A DNA stretch of 64,000 nt, taken from the sequence record DRR378314_424; one strand, given 5' to 3'. Of the stretch, positions 30,990-43,122 are shown in pieces (the stretch's first letter is position 1; every line of letters starts with the position of its first letter). Made by a program: the position numbers and the translations under genes. Under the pieces are notes generated by a model. That model was not told the origin of the DNA. It saw only the letters and a list, made by a program, of their open reading frames with translations, and did no database searches.

Positions 30990-32237
30990 TCAGGCAGCGT
31001 CAAGGCCGAATGCGGTATGAAGTGCCCGAACGGCAAGCTCAGTGTAGGCATCCCCGATCAATACAGAGATTTTGATCTCGGACGTGGAAATAACATCGAT
31101 GTTGATGCCTTTTTCGTACAATGCCTTGAACATGGTCTCGGCAACGCCGGTATGACTGCGCATCCCCACGCCCACGATGGAGATTTTGGAGACATCGCGC
31201 ACGACTTCGAGGCGTTCATACCCGATTTCTTCGTGCATGCCTTCCAGCGTATCCCGCGCAATCGGGCTGTCCCGATCGGTACAGGTGAACACCATGTTGG
31301 CCTGCTCAGGTCCACGTGCCTGCGCCTGGACGATCATGTCCACGTTCACGCCAGCCCGTGCAAGGGCAGAGAAGATCTTGGCGGAGATACCTGGTTTGTC
31401 CGGCACTCCGTAGAGCGTGACCTTGGCTTCATCCCGTGAATAGGCAACGCCGCTAACAACCTGTTTTTCCACGATTTCTTCCTCTGAGCAGACAATGGTT
31501 CCGGGATTGGGCTCACCAGGCTTCAAAAAGCTGGACAGCACCCGGACAGGCACATTGTGATTCATCGCCATTTCTACAGAACGCGTCTGCAGAACCTTGG
31601 CACCGAGGGATGCGAGTTCCAGCATCTCCTCAAACGAGATTTTCTCGATCCGTTGCGCCTTGGGCACGATCCGCGGATCGGTCGTATAAACACCGTCGAC
31701 ATCCGTATAGATGTCGCAAACGGTCGCATTCAGCGCAGCAGCCACAGCCACGGCGCTGGTATCGGAACCGCCCCGGCCGAGCGTGGCGACACGTTCATCA
31801 TCGGTTACCCCCTGGAAACCGGCAATAACGGCGATTTCCCCCGCATCCACCGCATCCGGCAGCATGGAATCGTCAAAGCCCATGATCCGCGCGCGGCCGT
31901 GGCTCTTATTGGTTTTCAGGCGCAATTGCCATCCAAGCCAGCTGCGCGCTTTCAGGCCTCGACGGCGCAGGGCCAAAGCCAGAAGACCCGCAGTAACCTG
32001 TTCACCTGAAGCAACCACGACATCGTATTCATCGTCGAATTGCTCGCGTGGCAGATTATCCCCCGCCGCGCCCTCGGCATAGCCGACCAGCTTGTTCGTT
32101 TCGCCCGACATGGCGGAAACGACGACAGCCATGTGCTCGCCCTTCGCCGCGCGATCTGCCACAATGTCTGCGACATTCGCGATGCGGTCGAGGTCTGCGA
32201 CCGATGTGCCACCAAATTTCAGAACCGTGCGCGCCAT
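30990..32237 (-). CDS. lysC: Aspartate kinase
   Basis: VLKFGGTSV, TLGRGGSD, DVDGVYTTDPR, two ACT domains. Confidence 0.98.
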   Translation of the reverse strand: MARTVLKFGGTSVADLDRIANVADIVADRAAKGEHMAVVVSAMSGETNKLVGYAEGAAGDNLPREQFDDEYDVVVASGEQVTAGLLALALRRRGLKARSWLGWQLRLKTNKSHGRARIMGFDDSMLPDAVDAGEIAVIAGFQGVTDDERVATLGRGGSDTSAVAVAAALNATVCDIYTDVDGVYTTDPRIVPKAQRIEKISFEEMLELASLGAKVLQTRSVEMAMNHNVPVRVLSSFLKPGEPNPGTIVCSEEEIVEKQVVSGVAYSRDEAKVTLYGVPDKPGISAKIFSALARAGVNVDMIVQAQARGPEQANMVFTCTDRDSPIARDTLEGMHEEIGYERLEVVRDVSKISIVGVGMRSHTGVAETMFKALYEKGINIDVISTSEIKISVLIGDAYTELAVRALHTAFGLDAA

Positions 32238-32331
32238 TTCGCCCCATAACCTGTCGTCTTCTTGGGATATCCCACTATATTCGCTCTCCATAGGGGGTGT
32301 TCCCCGCCGGATCAAACAGGTTTCTTGAACT

Positions 32332-33108
32332 ATGACAGTAGCAAAAGACAGGGTGAACGACGCCCCCGCCACGCCGAGCATTGATCCTGACGAAGTCGCC
32401 AAGTTCTCAGCAATGGCAGCAGACTGGTGGAATCCGCGTGGCAAGTTCCGACCGCTCCACAAGTTCAACCCCGTTCGACTTCGATTCATCCGCGAGACTG
32501 CGGAACAGCATTTCAACATCTCGCCCAACGCAAAACGCCCACTGGAAGACCTGCGCTTGCTGGATATTGGTTGCGGCGGCGGGCTGGTGTGCGAGCCGAT
32601 GACCCGGCTTGGCGCCTCTGTTACCGGCGTCGACGCCTCTGAAGCGAACATCAAGACCGCCCTGACCCACGCACAGGAACAGGGGCTGCAAATCGATTAT
32701 CGAGCCGGCACCGCCGAAGGGCTTATCGAAGCAGGCGAGCCAAAGTTCGACATTGTTCTCAATCTGGAAGTGGTCGAGCATGTCGCAGACCCGCACCAAT
32801 TCCTGAAAGATACCGGCGGGCTGGTAAAGCCAGGCGGCCTGATGATTGTTGCCACGTTGAACCGCACGGCGAAGGCGCTCGCCACGGCAGTGATTGGTGC
32901 AGAATATGTGCTCGGCTGGTTACCGCGCGGCACGCATGACTGGTCGAAATTCGTGACGCCCGAAGAAGCCGATGCCGGACTCACCGCGTCCGGACTGATA
33001 ACAGAGGATCCGATTGGCGTGTCGTACAATCCGCTAGGCGACAGCTGGAAACTCTCTGGCGACACGAAGGTGAACTATATGATCGTTGCCCGGAGGCCAG
33101 CAGAATGA
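32332..33108 (+). CDS. ubiG: Ubiquinone biosynthesis O-methyltransferase UbiG
   Basis: [36 protein letters not shown]. Confidence 0.97.
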   Translation: MTVAKDRVNDAPATPSIDPDEVAKFSAMAADWWNPRGKFRPLHKFNPVRLRFIRETAEQHFNISPNAKRPLEDLRLLDIGCGGGLVCEPMTRLGASVTGVDASEANIKTALTHAQEQGLQIDYRAGTAEGLIEAGEPKFDIVLNLEVVEHVADPHQFLKDTGGLVKPGGLMIVATLNRTAKALATAVIGAEYVLGWLPRGTHDWSKFVTPEEADAGLTASGLITEDPIGVSYNPLGDSWKLSGDTKVNYMIVARRPAE

Positions 33109-33716
33109 CGAAGATCCCGACACCCGCAGACGTACTGGACTATTGGTTGGGGAACACGCCAAACTCCGTCGACGGACTTGAAGAAAAGCACAAGCTCTGG
33201 TTTGGAAAATCTGACGTAACGGATGCCGAAATCCGGGAGAAGTTCCTGCACCTGCTAGAGGACGCCTCTCACCTGCCCTTCGCGGATGACTGGGCTGCCG
33301 AAGGCCCGCGTGGACGCCTTGCCGCCATCATCGTGCTTGATCAGTTCAGCCGCAACCTTTTCCGGAATGACGCGCGGGCGTTTCATCAGGATTCGCTGGC
33401 GCTTCGTCTGTGCAAGGACGGGCTGGCACTGAAGGAGGACGAAAAGCTCAGCGATACTGAACGCGTGTTCTTCTATCTGCCGCTGGAGCATTCGGAGGTT
33501 CTGGAGGACCAGAAGCAAAGCGTCGCTGTATTCAAGAAACTGGCCGAAGATGCCCGGCCTGACTATCGCAGCTTTGCTGAGAACACATACGACTACGCTA
33601 TCCAGCATTTGAAAGTGATTGAGAAATTCGGGCGCTTCCCGCACCGCAATGCTGCGCTCGGCCGGGAGACGACACCTGAAGAGGCCGAATGGCTGGCCGA
33701 AGGCGGCGGGTTCTAG
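33105..33716 (+). CDS. DUF924 family protein
   Basis: [35 protein letters not shown] overlap with ubiG. Confidence 0.93.
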   Translation: MTKIPTPADVLDYWLGNTPNSVDGLEEKHKLWFGKSDVTDAEIREKFLHLLEDASHLPFADDWAAEGPRGRLAAIIVLDQFSRNLFRNDARAFHQDSLALRLCKDGLALKEDEKLSDTERVFFYLPLEHSEVLEDQKQSVAVFKKLAEDARPDYRSFAENTYDYAIQHLKVIEKFGRFPHRNAALGRETTPEEAEWLAEGGGF

Positions 33717-35083
33717 TCCAGCATCTCAGGCCCGCGCGGGTCGAGGCTTTTGCTGATGTCCTGCTGCATGGCTCGGGTCAGCGTGTAGCGCGATGCGACC
33801 AGTGCTGCGAGCCCGTACAGGATGAATGGCAGGACACAGAAAACCAGCAACAGGCCGTGCAAAGCGTCTGGTGAATTGACTGTTCCCGGCTTGAACCCGG
33901 CGACCCGGCCGAGAACGAAATATCCGATGCCGAACGCAAGGCTGCTGCCGATCTTGTAGGCACTGGTCAGCAGGGAATAATAAATGCCGGCCCGGTTCTC
34001 CCCGGAACGCGCAGCCTGATACTCCACCACATCCGCCGCCATGGAGCGCGCGATCACGACAGGGGCGCTGAAAGCCGCACCATTGACGAGCGCACCGACA
34101 AGCAACGCGCCAAAACCGCCCCCTGAACGACCGGCAATATAGTAAATGATGTAACTGGCCATCCCCATGATGACGGCGCAGAGGAAGGCTGTGTGCTTCT
34201 CCGTCATCGCCGAGAATTTCAGCCATAGCGGAAGCGCCGCGACCGCCGTCGAGAAGAAGATCATGAGGATGACGCTGGCCATGGAATCCGACAGGCCGAA
34301 CACGTATTCCGCAACGAACAGATAGTTTGATGCGGTGATGGCCACAGCCGTTCCCACCAGCAATTCCATCGAGAGGACGACACCGAGAAACCTGTTTCTC
34401 AGGGCCGCGATCATGGCCTTGAGGTCAAACTTCATGGCTTCGCCCCGGTCGCCCCGCATCGGATTGTCGGGAACGAATGTGCACGACAGGAAGGCGACAA
34501 TCGGCAACGAGATGAGCAAGGCCCACCCCATCACGGCCACTTGTCCGAACCGGTCGACTTCAAAACCCGACACCGCCAGGATTGCAGGGACGGCCAGCAG
34601 GGCCAGCATGGAGACGATGCTGATCACCTCCGCCCAGGTGAAGAAGCGCGAACGGTCGTCATAATCTGTTGCAATGGCCGGAACCCAGGCGGATCGCGCC
34701 GTCTGCAAGAGGGTGAACCCGATATAGAACAGGATCATCCACACCACGAAGTAGGCCGGCCCTGCCCCCCGTTCCGGCATATAGATGAAGTAGGTCGCGA
34801 TCCCCAATAGTGGCACGCTGAGCACGATCCAGTGGCGCACGCGTCCCCACGGGCTGCGATAGCGGTCCACCACAAAGCCCATGATCGGATCGGTCGTGAT
34901 GTCCCAGAAGCGGAGCACCATGAACAGGAATCCTGTCAGCTCCAGCCCCAGCCCCACCTCGTTCGCATAGAGCGGCGCGAGATAGACGGCCAAGGGCAAT
35001 CCCACCCCTGCCAGCGGTATGCTGAGCGAGGAGAAAGCAAGCACTCTCGGTAAGGACAGGCGCGGGCCACGTGCGTCAGTCAT
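33713..35083 (-). CDS. MFS transporter (GPH/MelB-like)
   Basis: About 12 TM; RFWDITTDPIMG..DRYRSPWGR. Confidence 0.9.
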   Translation of the reverse strand: MTDARGPRLSLPRVLAFSSLSIPLAGVGLPLAVYLAPLYANEVGLGLELTGFLFMVLRFWDITTDPIMGFVVDRYRSPWGRVRHWIVLSVPLLGIATYFIYMPERGAGPAYFVVWMILFYIGFTLLQTARSAWVPAIATDYDDRSRFFTWAEVISIVSMLALLAVPAILAVSGFEVDRFGQVAVMGWALLISLPIVAFLSCTFVPDNPMRGDRGEAMKFDLKAMIAALRNRFLGVVLSMELLVGTAVAITASNYLFVAEYVFGLSDSMASVILMIFFSTAVAALPLWLKFSAMTEKHTAFLCAVIMGMASYIIYYIAGRSGGGFGALLVGALVNGAAFSAPVVIARSMAADVVEYQAARSGENRAGIYYSLLTSAYKIGSSLAFGIGYFVLGRVAGFKPGTVNSPDALHGLLLVFCVLPFILYGLAALVASRYTLTRAMQQDISKSLDPRGPEMLD

Positions 35084-35204
35084 GGGCTCAGCCTGCCCGC
35101 GAAAAACGTGACGGCCAAGTCATTTTTTTATTTGCACAAAGCTTGACGTCGCGGCGGTCGGGCCTGACACGGGAAGAAAGATACGTTTGGAGGAAGCAAA
35201 CCCG

Positions 35205-36698
35205 ATGCTGAAGAAAATCCTGTTGGGCCTTGTCGCGCTGGTCGTGATTCTTGTTGCAATCGTCGTGTTCCGCACCTTTACCTATGGCGGCGCGGCGTCG
35301 GGCGAACGTGTTGACCTTCCTACAGTGCCAACGGTGTCGGCAGACAGCGCGGCAACGCATCTGAGCGAAGCAATCCAGTTCCGCACCATCACAGTCGCCG
35401 CGGGTGACCCACGCCCCGGACAGGAAGGCCCGTGGCTGGACCTGCACGCCTGGCTGGAGACAACTTATCCCGCCGCGCACAGCGCCATGAGCAAGGAACT
35501 CGTGCCCGGTACACTGACACTGCTCTACACCTGGCAAGGCACGGACAGCTCGCTCGACCCCTTATTGCTGATGGCGCACCAGGATGTTGTGCCCGTGAAC
35601 ATTGGCACGGAAGACGACTGGACCGGCGCGCCGTTTGCGGGGGAGATCGTGGACGGTTACGTCTACGGGCGTGGCGCGCTTGACGACAAGGGCAGCCTCG
35701 TCGCCCTGATGGAAGCCGCAGACGCGCTGGCAGCCGATGGTTTCCAGCCAAAGCGCACCGTCTATTTCATGTTTGGACACGATGAAGAAATCTCGGGAAG
35801 TGGTGCAGAAGCAGGTATCGCCCTTCTGAAATCTCGCGGCGTCACACCGGTCATGGCGCTGGATGAAGGCTTCGCAATCGTCGACCCCTCTCCCCTGACT
35901 GGCAAGCCGATGGCCTTCATCGGCATCTCTGAGAAGGGGTACCTGACGCTGACCCTGACTGCACTTGCCGAAGGCGGGCATTCTTCAACGCCTCCGCGCG
36001 ATTCCGCAGCTGTCCGCCTGGCCCGTGCGATTGTGGCACTGGACGAGAACCAGATGCCTGCCGACTTCTCGAAACCTCCAGTGTCAGACCTGTTCCGAGT
36101 ATCTGCACCTGACCTGCCATTCACGCAGAAAATGGCCTTCGCCAATCTGTGGCTGTTCGGAGGTTCGGTCGAATCTGCAATGGCGGGCATTCCTGCCGGC
36201 AACGCCATGATCCGCACGACCACCGCACCGACCATGCTTGTTGGGTCCGCCAAGGAGAACGTGCTGGCCCAACGCGCCATGGCGACAGTAAACTTCCGGG
36301 TCCATCCGAACAACACTGTGGAAGATGTCATCCAGCACGTGAAGGATGTAACATCCGACATCAAGGGGATCGAAGTCACCGTCTCTGATGGCGGGATCAG
36401 CGGCAGTGAAGCCTCGCCCGTCTCACCAACGGACAACAAGGCGTACGCCGTTCTGGCCAGTGTGGCAGAAGCGGCCGGAAACGGAGCGCCGGTCGCGCCG
36501 GGTCTTGTTCTTGGCGCCACGGATGCGCGCTATGCCAGCGCGATCACCGATAGCGTCTACCGGTTTGCTCCTTCCGTTCTCAACCCGACAGATCTGAACG
36601 GATTCCACGGCACGAATGAGCGCCTTGCCGTCGACAACATGAAACGATTGTCGGAAGGTTATGCGCAGATCATCGTCGCCATGGATGAGGGCGACTGA
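35205..36698 (+). CDS. M20 family peptidase/amidohydrolase (PM20D1/CPS-like)
   Basis: AHQDVVP, GRGALDDK, HDEE, GGHSS, ATDAR, HGTNE; N-terminal TM. Confidence 0.93.
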   Translation: MLKKILLGLVALVVILVAIVVFRTFTYGGAASGERVDLPTVPTVSADSAATHLSEAIQFRTITVAAGDPRPGQEGPWLDLHAWLETTYPAAHSAMSKELVPGTLTLLYTWQGTDSSLDPLLLMAHQDVVPVNIGTEDDWTGAPFAGEIVDGYVYGRGALDDKGSLVALMEAADALAADGFQPKRTVYFMFGHDEEISGSGAEAGIALLKSRGVTPVMALDEGFAIVDPSPLTGKPMAFIGISEKGYLTLTLTALAEGGHSSTPPRDSAAVRLARAIVALDENQMPADFSKPPVSDLFRVSAPDLPFTQKMAFANLWLFGGSVESAMAGIPAGNAMIRTTTAPTMLVGSAKENVLAQRAMATVNFRVHPNNTVEDVIQHVKDVTSDIKGIEVTVSDGGISGSEASPVSPTDNKAYAVLASVAEAAGNGAPVAPGLVLGATDARYASAITDSVYRFAPSVLNPTDLNGFHGTNERLAVDNMKRLSEGYAQIIVAMDEGD

Positions 36699-36720
36699 TC
36701 CACATGCCCACAGAAGAAAC

Positions 36721-37083
36721 CTAGTGTTGCTGGTGCCTGTTCCAGCGAAACAGGTGCGCGCCAGCAAGGCAGCACGCGCCTATGACGGTGAGATGCGTTT
36801 CGTAATCGTGCAGGGACTCTACAAAGGCGCCCGCAACCAGCAACGCGCCCCCAAATGTGGCCAAGGCGCCGAAGACCAGACGAGTCGTGGGGCGGCGGGT
36901 CTGCGTGAATGCCAGAAGCGCAATCGGCAGCGCAATCATGACCAACGCCTTGTGCACCCATTCGGCCTCCGCCACCGTTGTCATCAATGGCATGACCGAG
37001 CCAAGCACTGGCAAGGCCAGACAATGCACCAGGCACAGGCCTGAAAGACCAACCGCCATCGTATCTGTTTTCTGAATTTTCAC
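36721..37083 (-). CDS. MerC domain-containing membrane protein
   Basis: D..AVGLSGLCLVHCLALP, EWVH, ETHLTVIG..LAGAH..N; GTG start assumed. Confidence 0.85.
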   Translation of the reverse strand: MKIQKTDTMAVGLSGLCLVHCLALPVLGSVMPLMTTVAEAEWVHKALVMIALPIALLAFTQTRRPTTRLVFGALATFGGALLVAGAFVESLHDYETHLTVIGACCLAGAHLFRWNRHQQH

Positions 37084-37097
37084 CTGAGAACACCCCA

Positions 37098-37118
37098 AAA
37101 TGTTATAGTGTATCTTTT
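37098..37118. promoter_or_regulatory. Zur-like box upstream of the MerC-domain gene
   Basis: AAATGTTATA-G-TGTATCTTTT vs proteobacterial Zur consensus AAATGTTATA-N-TATAACATTT (10/10 and 7/10). Confidence 0.65.
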
Positions 37119-37236
37119 AGGGATTCCTCAGCGCAGGTTCAACCCACCAAATCAGCCGATGAACATGAAAGCGAACCCTCGCCGCGCGGATGCGGGCGAT
37201 CATTCAGGTCTGTGGAGTTGGTCTCTCGTGGAAAAC

Positions 37237-37282
37237 GTTTGATGCCCCCCGCCCCCAGGCAAACCCGCGGGAGGCATCAAAC
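37237..37282 (-). terminator. Hairpin terminator downstream of the MpaB-like oxygenase gene
   Basis: GTTTGATGCC...GGCATCAAAC stem followed by GTTTT on the minus strand. Confidence 0.65.
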
Positions 37283-37295
37283 TCCCCTCCCACCG

Positions 37296-38618
37296 TCATG
37301 CAGTCGCGGGTACTGCAGGACGGTAAGCTTCAGCATTCGATGTGAACTCGGCATGGCCGTAGCGTTTCAGCAGGCGGCGAATGCGCGCTGTCAGGCGACG
37401 ATCGGCCATTTTGCGCAATCCGGGCACGGACAGCGCAAACCGGTAGAGCGCCATCTTGGTCGCAATATAGGGAAACAGTACCGCCGCGACAGCATATTCA
37501 CTTGCGCCAACGGGCACGCCAATCTCCCGGGCGCGATCACTGTCCCCGTTCAGGAAATGCTTCACCAGGACAAGCCGGGCGAGCCGTTTTTCCAGGGCAT
37601 TGAAGATGCGATGCCCCAATTTCTGATCCGGCGGCAAATATGCGTCCAGCGTCGCGCGCACCAAAGTTCCACACGTCTTGTCGTCAAAGCCTTCGCGGAT
37701 TGATGCGCCCCGCGCATTCATGATGTCGACGATGCCTTGCGGCGTGTCCATCAACAGGTCTTCCGGCAAGCCTAGCAGGTAACAACGATAGCGGCTGAAC
37801 TCGACCCGCGCGCGCTCTTCTGCGGTAAACTCGGTCCGTCCTTCATCCAGCATCTGATAAGCCAGAAGGAACACGTCGATCAGTCCGGCTGGCATTTGGT
37901 CCACTTGCGGCACCGGAATGCCGTAAACGGACTTATCCCAGCTTTTCATGCGGCGCAGAATATTGAACCGGACCATGGAATGCATCAGGCGCACCATGGC
38001 GGCGGCCTTGAACCCTTCACCGCGCGGCTCCAACGCGCCCGGCAAGGTCGTCACAGTGAAGAATGTCGCGGTTTCGTTCACACGGCGGGAGGCCGTGGAA
38101 TGACCCAGCGTGCCGGTCATCGCCATTGGCAGGGCGGTATACTTGTTGAGGAAAGTTGCCAGAAACGCTCCCCGGATCATCCAGGGCGATGTCACCGCCA
38201 TCGGCAGGCGGTTCAGTCGCGCCCCTTCCCGCACAAGGTCCATGTCCAGCCAATCCGGCCGGGTTTCCATTTCCTCGATCAGCGCGACCAGTTCCTTCGG
38301 CGCATCCGGCACAGCGTCGATGCCGTGGTCACACGCCGCCGTCAGCATGTCGACCAGACGCTTAAACCCGTACTCCCCCATCAGCGACGCGTAGGCATCC
38401 GCTGTAATGTCCCCCAGCATCGTGTACGCCTTCACGCGCTCCTTCATGTCGGCGGGCGGTGGCGGCAGGTGGCGCAGTGATTTTGGCAGGGAACTGTCTT
38501 CGACCTGCTCTGTATAGCGTTCCGGAGTTGCGGAAAAATCCACGTCACCATACATCACCGGCAGAGCGGTTTTCTGGTAGGCGATCCGCTCCTGAACTTG
38601 GGCGAGCGATGGGTGCAT
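37296..38618 (-). CDS. MpaB/DUF2236 (Lcp-like) heme oxygenase family protein
   Basis: GDITAD, PDWLD, RRVNETATF, VRLMHSMVR, YGIPVPQVD, YLLG. Confidence 0.85.
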   Translation of the reverse strand: MHPSLAQVQERIAYQKTALPVMYGDVDFSATPERYTEQVEDSSLPKSLRHLPPPPADMKERVKAYTMLGDITADAYASLMGEYGFKRLVDMLTAACDHGIDAVPDAPKELVALIEEMETRPDWLDMDLVREGARLNRLPMAVTSPWMIRGAFLATFLNKYTALPMAMTGTLGHSTASRRVNETATFFTVTTLPGALEPRGEGFKAAAMVRLMHSMVRFNILRRMKSWDKSVYGIPVPQVDQMPAGLIDVFLLAYQMLDEGRTEFTAEERARVEFSRYRCYLLGLPEDLLMDTPQGIVDIMNARGASIREGFDDKTCGTLVRATLDAYLPPDQKLGHRIFNALEKRLARLVLVKHFLNGDSDRAREIGVPVGASEYAVAAVLFPYIATKMALYRFALSVPGLRKMADRRLTARIRRLLKRYGHAEFTSNAEAYRPAVPATA

Positions 38619-38729
38619 CAGACTGTTCCTGTCGTATTACTTGCAGTTCCAGATACATAATGTAAGCAATCCTCATATTTTCCACTCGCATCGCGAACGA
38701 TGGGTCAGATTTCGGATTGAGGACTATAA

Positions 38730-39341
38730 GTGACTGAAAAGTCTAGAAGAAAACCAAGGCAAGCGCGTGCGCAGGCCACTGTTGAAGCAATTCTCGAAGC
38801 AACGTTTCAGCTTTTGGAAGAGAGCGGCCTCACGAAGTTAACCACAAATCGCATCGCTGAACGCGCGGGCGTCAGCATCGGCACACTGTATCAGTATTTT
38901 TCTGATCGCGAGGCCATCCTCTTTGCGCTCAGTCAGCGCCAAAGCGACAATGTGCGCAAAAAGATCACCGAACTCGTGCTCGAAAACCCGGAAACATCTG
39001 CCGTCCGGGCGATCATTCGGGCCCTCATGAACGGACCGACCGGGTCACACCAGACGCGGTTGATTTTGTCGGATGCCCTCTTCCGCTCAGGCGGCAGCGA
39101 TGTGATGAGCCGTCAGCACTTCGCCTTTCTGGACTCTGTCAGCGGACAATTGAGCTTCGACTTCCCACACGGGCGCGAAGCGGCCTTCATCCTGACCCAC
39201 ACGGTTGTGCAGCTCTTGCGCGCCGCGGCTGCCGAGCCGGAGCTGGACCTCAATCCTGAAGTTCTGGAAGATGAACTGGTCCATTTGCTGGAAAGCTACA
39301 TCGAAAACCTGACGTCGCGCTTTGCTCCCGCGAAATCCTAG
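38730..39341 (+). CDS. TetR/AcrR family regulator
   Basis: [39 protein letters not shown]; divergent from the oxygenase gene. Confidence 0.95.
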   Translation: MTEKSRRKPRQARAQATVEAILEATFQLLEESGLTKLTTNRIAERAGVSIGTLYQYFSDREAILFALSQRQSDNVRKKITELVLENPETSAVRAIIRALMNGPTGSHQTRLILSDALFRSGGSDVMSRQHFAFLDSVSGQLSFDFPHGREAAFILTHTVVQLLRAAAAEPELDLNPEVLEDELVHLLESYIENLTSRFAPAKS

Positions 39342-41212
39342 CCGCTGTTGAAGTGGCCCCAGATGCGTTCTGCCAGCGCCTCGCTGACACCTTCTACGGC
39401 CATCAGATCGGCCACTTTGGCCCGCGAGACTCCCTTGGCCGACCCGAAATGGTGCAGCAGGGCTTTCTTGCGCGCAGGGCCGACGCCCTCAATCTCGTCC
39501 AATGGGGAGGATTTGATCGCGGCGGACCGCTTTGCCCGGTGCGCACCGATGGCCCAGCGGTGAGCCTCATCGCGCAGGCGCTGGAGATAGTAGAGCACCG
39601 GAGCTGTTTCCGGCAGTTTGAAAGGCGCGCGGCCCGGCCGGAAGAATTGTTCCCGACCGGCATTTCGGTCCACACCCTTGGCGATGGAAACGAGATTCAC
39701 GTCCTCCGGGGTCACACCAATTTCGGCTAGCGCTTCGATCACGGCGTTCAGCTGTCCCAGGCCGCCATCAATTAAAACCAGGTCCGGCCAGTTTGCACCA
39801 TTGCCCTCTTCGCGTTCCTTCAGGGCGCGAGAGAAACGACGCCGCATCACTTCGCGCATCATGCCATAGTCATCGCCAGGTTCGATGGCCGTGTCCTTGA
39901 TATTGAACTTGCGATAGGCGTTCTTCATGAAGCCTTCCGGTCCGGCGACAACCATTCCGCCTACGGCATTTGAGCCCTGGATGTGGGAGTTGTCGTAAAT
40001 CTCGATCCGGTCTGGCGAGGCGTCCAACTCGAACACTTTCGCCACTTCCGCCAGCAGGCGCGCCTGGCTCGCCGTTTCGGCCAATTTGCGCGACAGGGCT
40101 TCTCCCGCGTTGCGCGAAGCCTGAGCCACAAGGTCTTTCTTGCCACCGCGCTCCGGTCGGCGCACCTCAACCTTGCGCCCGGCCTTCAGCTCAAGCGCTT
40201 CCCCAATCAACTCGGCCTGATCCGGCAATTTGTTGACAAGAATCAGTTTCGGCGGTGGGCGCTTGTCGTAGAATTGCACAAGAAAGGCTGACAGCACTTC
40301 CTCTGGTGTCTGTTCCCGTTCGTGACGCGGATAATGCGCCGTCGCGCCCCAATTCTGTCCGGCGCGAATGAAGAAGACCTGCACGCAAGATACGCCGCCA
40401 TCCATCTCGATGGCGAATACATCTGCCTCTTCAATATCTTCCGGATTCACATCCTGGCTGGCGCGCACATGGGCCAGCGCGCGAATCCGGTCTCGCAATC
40501 GCGCCGCGCGTTCAAATTCCATTTCCTCCGCAGCTGCTTCCATGTCTGCCGCAAGGCGCTTCTGAAGGTCTGCCCCCTTCCCGCGCAGGAAATCTGCCGC
40601 CTGATCGGCCAGCGCCTGATAATCCTCGGTCGAAATCAAATCGACGCAGGGCGCAGCGCAGCGCTTGATCTGGTGCAGCATGCAGGGGCGGGTCCGAACG
40701 CTGTAGACGCTGTCCTCACAAGTGCGCAGCAAGAACGCCTTTTGCAGCGTATCGAGCGTGCGCATTACGGACCCCGCGCTCGCAAACGGTCCGAAATAGT
40801 CCCCCTGATCCATCTTCGAACCACGATACTTCTTTATCTGCGGGGCTTCATGATCGCGACGGATGAGGATGTAGGGAAAGGATTTGTCGTCGCGCAGCAA
40901 AACGTTGAAGCGGGGCTTCAGGCTTTTGATCAGACTGGCCTCGAGCAGCAGCGCCTCAGTCTCGGTCTCTGTGACGACGAATTCCATCCGCTTGGTCATG
41001 GAGATCATACGCGCAATTCGCTGCGTATGACCGCCCAGCCGCGCATAGTTCGACACACGTGCCTTCAGGTCGCGTGCTTTGCCGACATAGAGCACGTCAT
41101 CATGCTCGCCGAACATGCGATACACGCCGGGCTTGCTCGGCAGCCTTTTCAGATTGTCTTTGATGACATCGATGCCCCGCAGGGACGTCGCGCCGGAATC
41201 AGTCGGGTCCAT
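39338..41212 (-). CDS. uvrC: Excinuclease ABC subunit C
   Basis: [40 protein letters not shown]-terminal HhH. Confidence 0.99.
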   Translation of the reverse strand: MDPTDSGATSLRGIDVIKDNLKRLPSKPGVYRMFGEHDDVLYVGKARDLKARVSNYARLGGHTQRIARMISMTKRMEFVVTETETEALLLEASLIKSLKPRFNVLLRDDKSFPYILIRRDHEAPQIKKYRGSKMDQGDYFGPFASAGSVMRTLDTLQKAFLLRTCEDSVYSVRTRPCMLHQIKRCAAPCVDLISTEDYQALADQAADFLRGKGADLQKRLAADMEAAAEEMEFERAARLRDRIRALAHVRASQDVNPEDIEEADVFAIEMDGGVSCVQVFFIRAGQNWGATAHYPRHEREQTPEEVLSAFLVQFYDKRPPPKLILVNKLPDQAELIGEALELKAGRKVEVRRPERGGKKDLVAQASRNAGEALSRKLAETASQARLLAEVAKVFELDASPDRIEIYDNSHIQGSNAVGGMVVAGPEGFMKNAYRKFNIKDTAIEPGDDYGMMREVMRRRFSRALKEREEGNGANWPDLVLIDGGLGQLNAVIEALAEIGVTPEDVNLVSIAKGVDRNAGREQFFRPGRAPFKLPETAPVLYYLQRLRDEAHRWAIGAHRAKRSAAIKSSPLDEIEGVGPARKKALLHHFGSAKGVSRAKVADLMAVEGVSEALAERIWGHFNSG

Positions 41213-41251
41213 AACTCAACAGATAGTCCGGCTTTCCGCCGGATGCGAGCC

Positions 41252-41563
41252 TTAGCCGAAGTTCAACATGTGATGAAGCGCAAACCGGGAATCCAGCATC
41301 CAGCCCGCGCCGAAGCTGAACAGCATAACCAGCACGATAGACGATACGAAGGACCGCCCCTTCTTTGGCGTATGCTTGCGGTTCGCCGCCTTCACGAGAA
41401 TGAGGAAGAACAACAGCGCAATGAACACCGCCATGAAGAAGACTTTCTCCATGTCAGAGAGATGGTCGACCCAATCGGTGACGTCCAGAATGATATCGTT
41501 TGCCACTTCCGCGATCTTGTCGAGCATCGCATTCAGCAAACTCATGTCCAGTGATACGCTCAT
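41252..41563 (-). CDS. Small hypothetical two-TM protein
   Basis: SD GGGGAG before ATG; two hydrophobic segments separated by a basic loop. Confidence 0.65.
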   Translation of the reverse strand: MSVSLDMSLLNAMLDKIAEVANDIILDVTDWVDHLSDMEKVFFMAVFIALLFFLILVKAANRKHTPKKGRSFVSSIVLVMLFSFGAGWMLDSRFALHHMLNFG

Positions 41564-41788
41564 GTCTCCCCGCAAATTCCCGTCCTGGGAACGCTTTCAT
41601 GCTTGTTTCAGGAACGAGGAGTGTCTCACACATGGCTAAAATCCAGCCCTAGACCGGCATATGAATTTACCGCATTCGATTCAGGCATTGGAAAGGAATT
41701 TTCCCGGCTGCGGCGGTTTTCCCCCTGCCCGGCTCTTGCCGCGCGCCAGCCGCAGGATTAAGCCGACGCAAACGCCAGCCGAGCGTGA

Positions 41789-43018
<1,230 letters not shown>

Positions 43019-43027
43019 ACCAATGGT

Positions 43028-43064
43028 ATAGAGGGGTTCTATATCGGGTGTTCCACGTATTGAT
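43028..43064. promoter_or_regulatory. OxyR-like box upstream of dps
   Basis: ATAG-N7-CTAT-N7-GTTC-N7-TGAT; first half matches the OxyR consensus exactly. Confidence 0.5.
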
Positions 43065-43122
43065 TTGAATGGAACTTTCCCCGTTCTTACGTGCTGAACA
43101 AGAGAGCAAAAAGGAGCCCCTC

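Noticed and set aside
32238-32654. 139-aa N-terminal extension of aspartate kinase in the ORF track
   Set aside because: Overlaps ubiG on the opposite strand; homology begins at MARTVLKFGG (32237)
36721-37083. Mercury-resistance operon
   Set aside because: No merR/A/T/P; gene is solitary and preceded by a Zur-like box
41213-41251. LexA box upstream of uvrC
   Set aside because: No GTTC-N7-GTTC; only a short GC hairpin and a possible -10
40322-41554. 410-aa plus-strand ORF
   Set aside because: Antisense to uvrC and the small membrane gene; no motifs
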